This document shows, piece after piece, positions 1 through 11,548 of a DNA stretch of 64,000 bases; the first letter of the stretch is position 1, and the number at the start of each line of letters is the position of its first letter. Where the stretch lies: positions 8,918,201 through 8,982,200 of the forward strand of contig NC_092670.1 in NCBI RefSeq assembly GCF_964355755.1, read 5' to 3'. A program made the translations under genes and the position numbers. Source of the stretch: Antedon mediterranea. Lineage: Eukaryota; Animalia; Echinodermata. The notes under the pieces are model-generated. The model saw nothing but the letters and a program-made list of their open reading frames with translations. It did not search any database and was not told where the DNA came from.

Positions 1-810
1 ATACGTATTTTTTCGCGATGAATTAAGTATGTGATCGCTTCAAACTAGGGTTAGAGTTATATAACCTAAAACAGTGTCTATTCTTTATCATTGTGTTTAA
101 CTGTGTAACCAAATTGGTTCTGTAAAACAAGATGATAAACTATGTAACTTGTATTTATTATTATTACATTATATGTATCCTATAATGTAATATGAAAAAT
201 AAAATGTACATAGTTTATCATTGTGTTGTACTAAAACCAATTTGGTTAAAAGTTAAACACAGTGTTAAAGAATGAACTGTTAGGTTATTTAACCCTAACC
301 CTAGTTTGAAGCGATCACATACTTAATTCATCGATAAAAATACGTATCGTCTTAAAAAACGTTTGAAATTTGGTACATGTTCAATATAGGTTCTTACATC
401 TATAATGTAAAAGAAATATCATAATTTGTTTTATTTTGATTTCTGGGAATCATCAATGAAGTAAAAATGTGTTGGAAAATGTATGGTATTTCATAAGTGT
501 ACATTTTTAGAAATGCAAATTATTAAAATCACGAATTTTTTGTGAAATTTTTATTTTTTGTTTGTTTTATAGACGTAAGAACCTATTAAACATATCTAAC
601 AAATTTCAAAAGTTTCTAAATACGATACGTACTTTTTCGCGATGAATTTATTATGTCGCTTCAAACTAGGGTTAGGGTTATATAACCTAAAACAGTATCT
701 ATTCTTTATCACTGTGTTTAACTGTGTCACCAAATTGGTTCTGTAAAACAAGATGATAAACTATGTAACTTGTATTTATTATATTATTACATTATATGTA
801 TCCTATTCTT
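1..810. repeat. Chained foldback (alternating inverted) repeats
   Basis: 1-347 is an imperfect palindrome (atacgtattttttcgcgatgaattaagtatgtgatcgcttcaaactagggtt ... aaccctagtttgaagcgatcacatacttaattcatcgataaaaatacgtat). About 625-805 is a direct copy of 1-183, and 348-620 is itself roughly self-complementary. Confidence 0.8.
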
Positions 811-1029
811 TTCATAACGTTTAGATAATAAGATATGTTTAATATAATATTTTGCTATGTAAATAATATCATATAATAAATGTTTCATTATCATTGTGTT
901 TTACTGTAACCAAATTGGCTATAGTAAAACACAATACTAAATTTGTATGTAAATGTATCATATTATTATATGTTTCCTATTCTTAATTTGTGTTTTACTG
1001 TATCCAGCACAGTGCTAAATATCATTTAT

Positions 1030-2975
1030 CATAGTTAAAATGTTTTACTCTAACCAAATTGGTTATAGTAAAACACAGTGATAAATTACTATGTAAATGT
1101 CATTTATCATATTATTAATGAAATGTTTCATATTCTTTATCATTGTGCTTTACTCTAATCAAATTGGTTATAGTAAAACACAGTGCTAAATTTATATGTG
1201 AATGTCATTTATCATGTTATTAAATGTTTCCCATTCTTTATCATTGTGTTTTACTCTAACCAAATTGGTTATAGTAAAACACAGTGCTAAATTGCTATGT
1301 AATGACATTTATCATATTATTAAATGTTTCCTATTCTATATCATTGTGCTTTACCATAACCAAATTGGTTATAGTAAAACATGGTGCTAAATTGCTATGT
1401 AAATAATCATTATTATTAAATGTTTCCTATTCTATATCATTGTGCTTTACCATAACCAAATTGGTTATAGTAACACACAGTGATAAATTGCTATGTAAAT
1501 GTCATTTATCATATTATTAAATGTTTCCTATTCTTTATCATTATGTTTTACTTTAACCAAATTGGTTATAGTAAAACACAGTGCTAAATTGCTATGTAAA
1601 TGTCATTTATCATATTATTAAATGTTTCCTATTCTATATCATTGTGCTTTACCATAACCAAATTGGTTATAGTAAAACACAGTGATAAATTGCTATGTAA
1701 ATTTCATTTATCATATTATTAAATGTTTCCTATTCTATATCATTGTGTTTTACTATAACCAAATTGGTTATAGTAAAACACAGTGCTAAATTGCTATGTA
1801 AATAATCATTATTATTAAATATTTCCTATTCTTTATCATTGTGTTTTACTCTAACCAAATTGGTTATAGTAAAACACAGTGCTAAATTGCTATGTAAATG
1901 TCATATATCATATTATTAAATTCCTATTCTTTATCATTCTGCTTTACTTTAACCAAATTGGTTATAGTAAAACACAGTGCTAAATTGCTATGTAAATGTC
2001 ATTTATCATATTATTAAGTGTTTCCTATTCTTTATCATTGTGTTTTACTTTAACCAAATTGGTTATAGTAAAACACAGTGCTAAATTGCTATGTAAATGT
2101 CATTTATCAAATTATTAAATGTTTCCTATTCTATATCATTGTGTTTTACTCTAACCAAATTGGTTATAGTAAAACACAGTGCTAAATTGCTATGTGAATG
2201 TCATATATCATATTATTAAATGTTTCCTATTCTTTATCATTGTGTTTTACTATAACCAAATTGGTTATAGTAAAACACAGTGCTAAATTGCTATGTAAAT
2301 AATCATTATTATTAAATGTTTCCTATTCTTTATCATTGTGTTTTACTCTAACCAAATTGGTTATAGTAAAACACAGTGATAAATTGCTATGTAAATGTCA
2401 TTTATCATATTATTAAATGTTTCCTATTCTATATCATTGTGTTTTACTATAACCAAATTGGTTATAGTAAAACACAGTGCTAAATTGCTATGTAAATAAT
2501 CATTATTATTAAATATTTCCTATTCTTTATCATTGTGTTTTACTCTAACCAAATTGGTTATAGTAAAACACAGTGCTAAATTGCTAGGTAAATGTCATAT
2601 ATCATATTATTAAATTCCTATTCTTTATCATTCTGCTTTACTTTAACCAAATTGGTTATAGTAAAACACAGTGCTAAATTGCTATGTAAATGTCATTTAT
2701 CATATTATTAAATATTTCCTATTCTTTATCATTGTGTTTTACTCTAACCAAATTGGTTATAGTAAAACACAGTGCTAAATTGCTATGTAAATGTCATATA
2801 TCATATTATTAAATTCCTATTCTTTATCATTCTGCTTTACTTTAACCAAATTGGTTATAGTAAAACACAGTGCTAAATTGCTATGTAAATGACATTTATC
2901 ATATTATTAAATGTTTCCTATTCTTTATCATTGTGTTTTACTCTAACCAAATTGGTTATTGTAAAACACAGTATA
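1030..2975. repeat. 100-bp tandem satellite (~19 units) with internal palindrome
   Basis: Unit starts at 1131/1231/1331 etc., with some 97-bp variants. Each unit contains tgtgttttactataaccaaattggttatagtaaaacaca. Confidence 0.95.
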
Positions 2976-3366
2976 TTTTACCTCAACAACATCGCCGCAA
3001 AATTGTTTATACGTTTATTTTGATTGGCTAACTAAAGTACGGTCTAATGAATATTGATATCAGAAGATTCCCTAGCTTAGTGAAAAAGTTTTATTACCAA
3101 AAATATGCTGATTACGTCACTACCGGAAGTTGTAGTCTAGCATGATGCAGACGCAATTGATTATGTACGTTTGTTAAACATATAAAAAGCTGTAAATTAC
3201 CACAAAACGACAATAGGAAAGAATTCAAAGAAATGCCCTACGTGTTCAAAATCATTGTTTTAATATAGTCTGTATGTATAACTAACAATTGACCTTGTGG
3301 AAGAGCGTATAAATTTAATTTAAAGTAAAACATGATTTACTCGCCAATTTGGTATTGGATATATAG

Positions 3367-3567
3367 CTCTGTGGATGGAACAATGTAAAATTAAAATTGT
3401 AATGATAATAGTATAATCATGCAAGTACGAAGAAATAAATACTGGCAAATAAATTTTAATTTAAAAATCATGATAAGTTTGTTTGTTTCGTTTTCTTTCT
3501 GTTTTTATACTTGTACTATTATTGTTGCTCTTTTGGCGCTCCATAAAAACAAAAACATTGAGCATGG
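3367..3567 (+). mobile_element. Internal fragment of the Mutator-type MITE family (left part of the copy split by the 3568-17331 element)
   Basis: Near-identical to ~14410-14607 and ends at gagcatgg. The continuation (ggagctcgaggagttac) is found after 17331. Confidence 0.8.
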
Positions 3568-4445
3568 CAGCTGTTTCAACCAATGTAAAATAAATAGAAA
3601 AAGTCAAGCGCCCTCAATATTGTCAGACGGCGATATGTGCCTGAGCGTGACGCCGCGCGAGTGGTTGAATCTCGTTCAACTTTCGCGACATTTGCAACTT
3701 TTATAACTACACTTTAAATTAATTTAATCAATTTCGTCATAAATATTATAAAACCATTTTTATACTATTTGTTAGAAAATAAGATTCTTAATTACCGATT
3801 TTTTGGAAATAGTAAGTAATTAAGCATAACAACAAGTTTACGAAATTATTTACACCCGGAAGTTTTAAAAATTAACATCGATCGGCCTAGCAAATGTAAA
3901 CAATGGAAAGTTTGAAAAAATGCTTGTCAAATTGTACACTTTTTGTTTTTATTCGTAATTTTCATAAATACTTGGAAAATCTAGGTAAAAGTTTGATTAT
4001 ATATGCTTACATGAGACATTGAATTGTTAGGAGGTGACGGTGAAAATCTCAAGAAATTTTCATTTAAAAACTCGACTGTTTTGTTAAATGCGAAACAGCG
4101 TATTTGGCGAGAGGTCGATGAACGCGGCTGATAACCGCTCGCTAGGCTGTACGCAACTAGGCCTAGGTTGTAGCTAGGCCTAGTTGGTACGTATAAGTAG
4201 TGTAATCATACTATACATCATTTTAATTTACAATAGAATAAATAATAAGCTTAATTATTATCATTGTATTTATTTCAACTGAATATAATTCATCATAAAT
4301 GTAAAAATTTAGTAAAACTACTAACTACCAGGCCTAGCTAGGCCCTTAAAATTAAAGCCTATACAAAAATACTCAAACTACTGTATGATAAATATAATAT
4401 AACATTAAAGGTTGGTAAAATTAAAATTTCTTTTCTTTTTTGTAG

Positions 4446-5330
4446 GCAACACAGTTTCACGAAAAGGCTTTACGTTCTACTTGCTTCTGTTGTGGAACAA
4501 AATTTTAAGAAAAGGATAAAAAATACAACTTAAAAAATATGAAAACCATCACAAATTTGCACTAAATCTAACAAATGTAAAATTACAACCTATATACATT
4601 TATACAACCTGCCATTCGCGAATTTTCAATGGATACTGTATACTACCACGCTAACATTTAAATTAACAGGGCATGGACCAAATTGCTTGGCATGCTACAC
4701 TTCAACAACAACTATGACCTGGGCCAAAACTACATTCACAAGTGAAAGAACACACTGGCGTTTAAGGGAACAGTTTTTTGTCTGGTACAGCTGCTCCATA
4801 ATCTGCTTTTCTTCTTTATATCTTCACTCTTTTTGAAAGTTTATACTAACAAATTTAATTAAATGAACATACCTCATAATCAAATAACTGTTTTCTCATC
4901 CTAATTTATATACATAGTTTAAAAAGCGCCAATTTTCAATTAAGATTACATCATACATTGTATATTTCTATTCAACAAAATTGTCAGAACTTTCTATTAT
5001 TTAAATGTCTAAGATAGTCAGATCTTGGGTCCATTCTACAGTCACCACAGATTGACTTTTTCATCACAAAATTTCTGAAATTATAAAATGTATTAATGTG
5101 TAAATTAAGTATTTTTTAATTCCATAAAAATATCATACAAGTATTTTTAGCAGAATACAGGCATATTGCACCAGGTGTAATACAGCCTAAGCTACATATG
5201 CTTGAGCACCATGCTATTGCATTCATGAGAGAATGGAAGGGGGTCTCAGAGCAAGGCGGGGAGCTAATACATGCCAAACTCAACCGTCACAAAACAGCAG
5301 TGTGGATTAGAGTCAAACTTAGACTCATCT
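4446..5330 (+). pseudogene. Chapaev/RAG1-like transposase relic (N-terminal Zn-binding Chapa/RAG1-N motifs plus C-terminal catalytic-Glu motif)
   Basis: After the acceptor at 4445: FHEKALRSTCFCCGTKF*, then LQPIYIYTTCHSRI and GHGPNCLAC (cf. RAG1 HQANLRHLCRICG / HPTEFCHNC / HPHTPSCDIC). 5150-5330 reads QPKLHMLEHHAIAFMREWKGVSEQGGELIHAKLN. Stops, frameshifts and a missing core. Confidence 0.7.
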
Positions 5331-5589
5331 GATTTTCACATCTCCAATGATACAAAATGAAATAATAAAACCCAACAAATGCAAGAAAGCCAACAAAGAA
5401 TGATTCATTAACATTAATGATCATAAAATATTGTACATTTTTAAATGTTAAAGGAATATTGCATTGTATTGATTTCCTTTTAACAATGCCTAATGATAAT
5501 GAATATGTAAAAGTAATACTATAGTATGTCTATATTTCAATTACTAACTAATTACTATTGATTGATAGTACTACTGCTGTACTGTACAT

Positions 5590-8210
5590 GTGTTAGTGAT
5601 TGATTGTTAAAGTTACAAATTCATAGCATGGTAAACACAATTTAAAATTTACTAGTTCTTGAACAGTAAAATAAACTTACCTATATAGATGGTAGGTATA
5701 GGTATTGGTCCAAATCTGTTTAAAATGTTTTAGCCATTTTGGGTTGCCACTATATATGTACCTAAAAAATAGTAATAGTAATAGTATAACATTATAATAA
5801 GAATTAATTAAAATTAACTTATTAAATTTACTATGGTTGCATACATACTAATTTGAATATGCAGTGATGAGCAAAAACAAATGTTAAAATTCATTATTTA
5901 TAATAATTGTAATTATTACATACAGGGTAGGCATATATGCCTTATGTCATTGCATAGGGTATATATAACCAGGTATCCTCATAATAAACATTATTTGTAA
6001 TAAATACTGTAAATATATTAAAAATAAAAATTAATAATAATTAAATAATAATATATAGGCATAGAGCCTCTAGGCCTAATTAGGTAGCCTACTAATACCT
6101 AGCCTATTGCTCTAGGCTAGGCTAAATAAGCTGGAAAGCTGCTTCTCTGTAGGCTGCTAGTGCAAGAGAGCACAGGTCTAGCTAGTATATTAAAATAAAA
6201 ATAGGGCCTATAATATAGGCCTAGCCTACCCAGCCAGTGGTAGTGATTGGTTGTTAATATTGAAAATTAATAGCATGGTAAACACAATTTAAAATTTACT
6301 AGTTCTTGAACAGTAAAATAAACTTACCTATAATATAGATGGTAGGTATAGGTATAGGTATTGGTCAAAATCTGTTTAAAATGATTTTTCCACTTCGGGT
6401 TGCCGCTATGTACCTAAAAAATAGTAAAACATTACTATAAGAATTAATTAAAATTAGCTTATTAAATTTAATATGGTTGCATACATACTAATTTGAATAT
6501 GCAGTGATAAGCAAAAACGAATGTTTAAATTTATTATTTATAATATTGTAATTGTAATTATTACATACAGGGTAGGCATATATGCCTTATGTCATTGCAT
6601 AGGGTATATATAACCAGGTATTCTCATAAGAAACATTATTTAAATAAAATACTGTAAATATATTAAAACTAAAAATAATAATAATTAAATAATAATATAT
6701 AGGCATAGAGCCTAGACCTAATTAGGTAGTCTACTTATACCTAGCCTATTGCTCTAGGCTAGGCTAAATAAGCTGGAAAGCTGCTTCTCTGTAGGCTGCT
6801 AGTGTTAGAGAGCACAGGTCTAGCTAGTATATTAAAATAAAAATAGGGCCTATAATATAGGCCTAGCCTACCCAGCCAGTGGTAGTGATTGATTGTTAAT
6901 ATTGAAAATTAATAGCATGGTAAACACAATTTAAAATTTACTAGTTCTTGAGCAATAAAATAAACTTACCTACTGTATATAGATGGTAGGCTGCTAGGTA
7001 TTGGTCCAAATCTGTTTAAAATGTTTTTGCCACTTTGGGTTGCCGCTATGTACCTAAAAAATAGTAAAACATTATTATAAGAATTACTTAAAATTAGCTT
7101 ATTAAATTTAATATGGTTGCATACATACTAATTTGAATATGCAGTGATGAGCAAAAACGAATGTTAAAATTCATTATTTATAATAATTGTAATTATTACA
7201 TACAGGGTAGGCATATATGCCTTATGTCATTGCATAGGGTATATATAACCAGGTATTCTCATAAGAAACATTATTTAAATAAATACTGTAAATATATTAA
7301 ACAAAAATTAATAATAATTAAATAATAATAGGCCTATATAGGCGTAGAGCCTAGCCTAATTAGGTAGCCTACTTATACCTAGCCTAATTGCTCTAGGCTA
7401 GGCTAAATAAGCTGGAAAGCTGCTTCTCTGTAGGCTGCTGCTAGTGATAGAGAGCACAGGTCTAGCTAGTATATTAAAATAAAAATAGGGCCTATGATAT
7501 AGTATAGGCCTAGCCTACCCAGCCAGTGGTAGTGATTGATTGTTAATATTACAAATTAATAGCATGGTACACAATTTAATATTTGCTACTTCTTGAACAG
7601 CAAAATAATCTTACCTATATAGATGGTAGGTATGGTCCAAATCTGCTTAGCCACTTCAGGTTACTGCTCTATATATGTATCTACAATAGTATAACATTAA
7701 TAATTATTATAACAATTTTATAAAATTAACTTAACTTATTAAATTTAATATGATTGCATACTAATTTGAATATGCAGTGATGAGCAAAACCGAATGTTAA
7801 TATGATGCTTGTCATTATTTATATTGTAATTATTACATACATATAGGCCTATAATATTCCCTATTGCATACATGTTACATAGTAGGGTATATATAATCCT
7901 CATAATATTAAATTTACAGTTTTTGTAATGAATACTGTAAATTTAATAAAACTAAAATTAATTATAATGATTAAATAATATTAAAAATATATAGGCCTAG
8001 GCGTAGATCCTGGGCCTAATTTTAATTAGGTAGCCTACTAATACCTATTAGGCTAGTAGGCTAGCCTACTCAAGGCCAGGCTAACTAAGCCGGAAAGCTG
8101 CTTCTCTGTAGTAGGCTGCTAGAGAACACAGGTCTAGCAAGGGCCTAGGCCTAGTATTAAAATAAAAATAGGGCCTATAATATTGGTATATGCCTACCCT
8201 ACCCAGCCAG
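5590..8210. repeat. ~645-bp tandem repeat, 4 copies
   Basis: tagtgattgattgttaa...cctacccagccagtgg recurs at ~5593, 6241, 6883 and 7529. The fourth copy is the most diverged. Confidence 0.92.
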
Positions 8211-8782
8211 GCCTAAATAATTAAAATAATGTAACATTTCCAAACTCATTTGGGTCAGCTGTCACATGAAAGGCAGTGTTGCAACTAGAGTAGACATAAG
8301 CCTAAGCCTAAAAATGACACAATTTGAAACGGCCATAGCTCAAAAATTCAACCATCACCTCTCGACCATTACTATGTTATAACATTCACAGATAACTAAA
8401 TTATCATGCAGTACCAAAGAATTAGAGTGAAAATTACATTTTTTAAAGATACGGACAAACAAACATGTACCTAATTTGGAAATGTCACTCACGTGCGTCA
8501 ATTGGTCTATGCTTGTAATTTATGGTCCACCCTTCCATTAATTTTCAGCGTTACATTCCTTCTTAAAAACAAAACGACAACGTACTTGTTTCATCCAGGG
8601 ACTCTTTAATGAATATTCATATTTTTAGCGACCCTTTATTTTTTTATCTCATTCTCATTGGCTGTTTAAAACATGTCTTTAAATGACGTTTGACTCCACT
8701 CTGCACACGTGGATTTGTAAGTAATTGTTTATGTATTGTTACTCCAGCGATACGACTTGTAACGTTGAGGGCGCATGACTTA

Positions 8783-9029
8783 TAAAGAGATTGCTAGTCT
8801 CTTGGTTTAGTTCCTTAACTACGATAAAAGACTACAACGTAAAATACTCACCATTATAATAGTCTTTGTATGATAATAATGAGTGAGTAGTAATAATATA
8901 GGTTTAGTTTCCGTCGTCGACTTCTCAAGTGTCCCTAACGTACTTGACGTTCCAAGATACACACGGCGGAGCGCGTCCAGGTGTTTAGAGCGACGCGCTC
9001 CGCTTAAGCATCTGTGTAGCGGCACTACA
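8783..9029 (-). repeat. 3' LTR
   Basis: Identical by eye to 16646-17303 once the 408-bp MITE and its TAA duplication are removed. Confidence 0.93.
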
Positions 9030-9072
9030 TTCCTCCTTGTTTTATTTCTTTTGTCTTCCCTCTTGTTCTTCT
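9030..9072 (-). promoter_or_regulatory. Polypurine tract
   Basis: Minus strand agaagaacaagagggaagacaaaagaaataaaacaaggaggaa lies immediately before the LTR start TGTAGT. Confidence 0.75.
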
Positions 9073-9313
9073 ACACACGTACTTGCTCTTTCTTTCTTTT
9101 CTTCCACTTCATTTTTCTTCTTTTTTTTTTCTTTTTTTTAAACACAACAATAACACAACATACATACATAGAATTCCAGAAAAAGAAACTACCAAGAACC
9201 CGATAAGAATTTTGTTTAAAAAAATGAACTAATTGGAATTAATTTTAAAATTACTTTAAATAAATTTTCATTAATTTGGTCTTGGATTTTTTTTTTGTTT
9301 TTTTTTTTTTAAC

Positions 9314-10546
9314 CTATTCATAGGCAAACTGGGCGTGGAAGTGGAGGTTTTCCAAGAATCCCTCCAACATCCTAACCGCCGCTGCCCTCAGCTGGCCACT
9401 TCCCGGCTGAGCCAAACGCTCCACCACCTCCCGATTGGCATTGAATGCCGATCGCAGAGCAACTCTGTCGGCCCGCCTTAACTGGCATAACAGTGGCGTG
9501 GGTGAATGGATGTTGTTTTCCACGTTCGGTTGCCACCGTGCTTGGCGTGATGATGGTCCGGTCCGTTGACGTAGTGGTCCAGCTGGCTTGGGAAATCGAC
9601 GGCGTCTGGGCTCCGCCGAGGTAGGCCTACCATACCTCTGGCACAGCTCCACAAATGCCCCCTTATTATCCCTAGTGGCTCTCGCCACCAGGAAAAGGAG
9701 ACACCGAGTGTGGAGCAGACCCAGCGGTGACACTAACGGCGATAGAGTGTTCAACTCGGGCATCTCGAGCCCCGCCGCCTCGCCCATCGACTCCATCATC
9801 TTCCTTAGAGATTTGGTGAAGAAGAATAATCCAGGCTGGATTCTCCCCTCGGCGTTGAAAAGTGCTACCGCCTTGGTGACACTCCCGCCGCACTCCGGAA
9901 CGAGTTTCACTAACTCCTGGATGAAACTCCAGCGCCGAGATGAGGTGGTCGACGATACCTCCGGCGATGTTTCCGTCATGAATGGCGGTATGTGGTGCGC
10001 CAGGTGTTGTTTTGGGTTTTCGGGCACCCGGCCACATCCTGCCACTGGACACAGGAATGCCCGACGTGACCGTTTACCCGATTCCATCTGACCGCCTTCA
10101 GGATGAGGTCTTTTGTTGTCTTTCGACCGTTTGTCGGCCTTTCTCTGAGATTTAACTTTTGGTACCGCCCCAGCACTAGGTGGAACAGCACTGGTCGCCG
10201 TACCAACGAGACGGACGTCTCGGCACGCAAAGTCCGACTCCTTACTTCCTGGAGTTCGCCATACCTTCACGGCTGGCGCGGCGGGAAGCAACTCTTTACG
10301 AAAAATGGAGGGGGACTTTGGCCTCTCCGGCGATCCTGCCAAGACCTCTGGCGTCTCTCTGCCCTCAACTACTGGCGGATCTGGGTCCCCGACCTCCATC
10401 GCCACATCATCTTCTTCCAATCCAGTAGGTGAAGGTGGAGACTTTCGTTTCGCAGCTGGTTTGCCCAACGGCGGGAAGTCTTCCACCTGCAGCAGGAACA
10501 ATTCCTCCTCCACCGTTACTCGATCGGAAGTAGTGCAGTTATCCAT
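9314..10546 (-). CDS. LTR-element accessory ORF (410 aa), disordered N-terminus and C2H2-like CPVAGC...HLAHH motif; function unknown
   Basis: Intact GC-rich ORF in the env-like position. The ATG at 10546 is directly preceded by the acceptor tgttttacag. No RT, integrase or env motifs recognised. Confidence 0.7.
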   Translation of the reverse strand: MDNCTTSDRVTVEEELFLLQVEDFPPLGKPAAKRKSPPSPTGLEEDDVAMEVGDPDPPVVEGRETPEVLAGSPERPKSPSIFRKELLPAAPAVKVWRTPGSKESDFACRDVRLVGTATSAVPPSAGAVPKVKSQRKADKRSKDNKRPHPEGGQMESGKRSRRAFLCPVAGCGRVPENPKQHLAHHIPPFMTETSPEVSSTTSSRRWSFIQELVKLVPECGGSVTKAVALFNAEGRIQPGLFFFTKSLRKMMESMGEAAGLEMPELNTLSPLVSPLGLLHTRCLLFLVARATRDNKGAFVELCQRYGRPTSAEPRRRRFPKPAGPLRQRTGPSSRQARWQPNVENNIHSPTPLLCQLRRADRVALRSAFNANREVVERLAQPGSGQLRAAAVRMLEGFLENLHFHAQFAYE

Positions 10547-10689
10547 CTGTAAAACATTAAGAGGCAAAACACAAGTTTAGTACAAGATAGTATTTCTACC
10601 CCTCGATTACAAATTGTTGGGACGAAAACTCTGGCGCCTGTAACAAATAGTGATCATCGTTTCCGCCAGAGGAGTTCCAACATCTCTTC

Positions 10690-11330
10690 AGAGCTAGTTA
10701 CCGAGTTATTTGTGATGTCACTGCCGTGAAGAATGTACAACGTAAGTAGTACATGGCTGCTTTCCCCTTCTTACCTAAGTGAAAAGCCTCCTTCTTCTCC
10801 GCCAGGTTCCATCCACTAATTCGGGCATACCCCTCAAATCTATCCCAGAAAATGTACCAGTCATTTTGACCGAAAAATTCCAGGTTTCTCTGAGGGCGGA
10901 AAAGTAGTCTTTTCCGACGCTCACCTCGCCATTCTTCATTATGACCGTATCAACCACGCAAGTGGTCCCTATCCACATAATGAACTCAGCGCGGATCACG
11001 TCCGAAACTTCCGCCATTACTCTCTCTTCGGACGTACTCGTTCGTATTGTCCTCATTACCGCGATCTCGATCATTGTAATCGAAACCTCGACAATCAGTC
11101 CGAACTTGACCGACATCGTCCGAGTAGCGTTTATAGCGATTACCGTCGATGTACCCCTGTGGCGACATTCCCATTCTACGACCTCGATTAGGATACCGTC
11201 GTTCGGACTCTCGATCTGTTGCGTCCCCCTTGACGATTTATTGATCGCCAAGGAACTCGACCGCGTTCCATAGGCACAAACCTATTGGACTCGCCGCCAG
11301 CTCGTTCATCGAAACGCATGTTGTCATCGC
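10690..11330 (-). pseudogene. gag relic
   Basis: An R/D/G-rich stretch with stops, then LEFFGQNDWYIFWDRFEGYARISGWNLAEKKEAF...GKAAMYY, matching the Gypsy capsid N-terminal pattern F.G..DW..F...FE..A...W...K. Confidence 0.7.
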
Positions 11331-11548
11331 CCGGATAATGAGAGTCGCGATTTCAGATATCCCCATTAGGAGTACCGTAGTTGGAACAGGAATTAAACCA
11401 CCTATCCGTGGTTACATTCGACACAGAGTTAACGTCAGGAATAACTGCTCCTCCTTCCCGTTAAAACTAATCGACGCATTCTTTGAAGTCACCTGATTAT
11501 TAGGATTAACTTCAAGATCAGACCCTTCAAAGACCTCGTCAGTACTAT

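Noticed and set aside
291-304. Telomeric (TTAGGG)n
   Set aside because: Only about two units, inside a foldback arm.
1030-2975. CRISPR-like array or RSS array (CACAGTG in each unit, near a RAG-like relic)
   Set aside because: The sequence between palindromes is repeated, not unique. No ACAAAAACC nonamer at 12/23 bp, no cas genes, eukaryotic context.
9588-11273. Plus-strand and alternative-frame ORFs over the LTR interior, including 10775-11251
   Set aside because: Shadows of GC-rich coding sequence; the gag motifs lie in a different, stop-containing minus frame.
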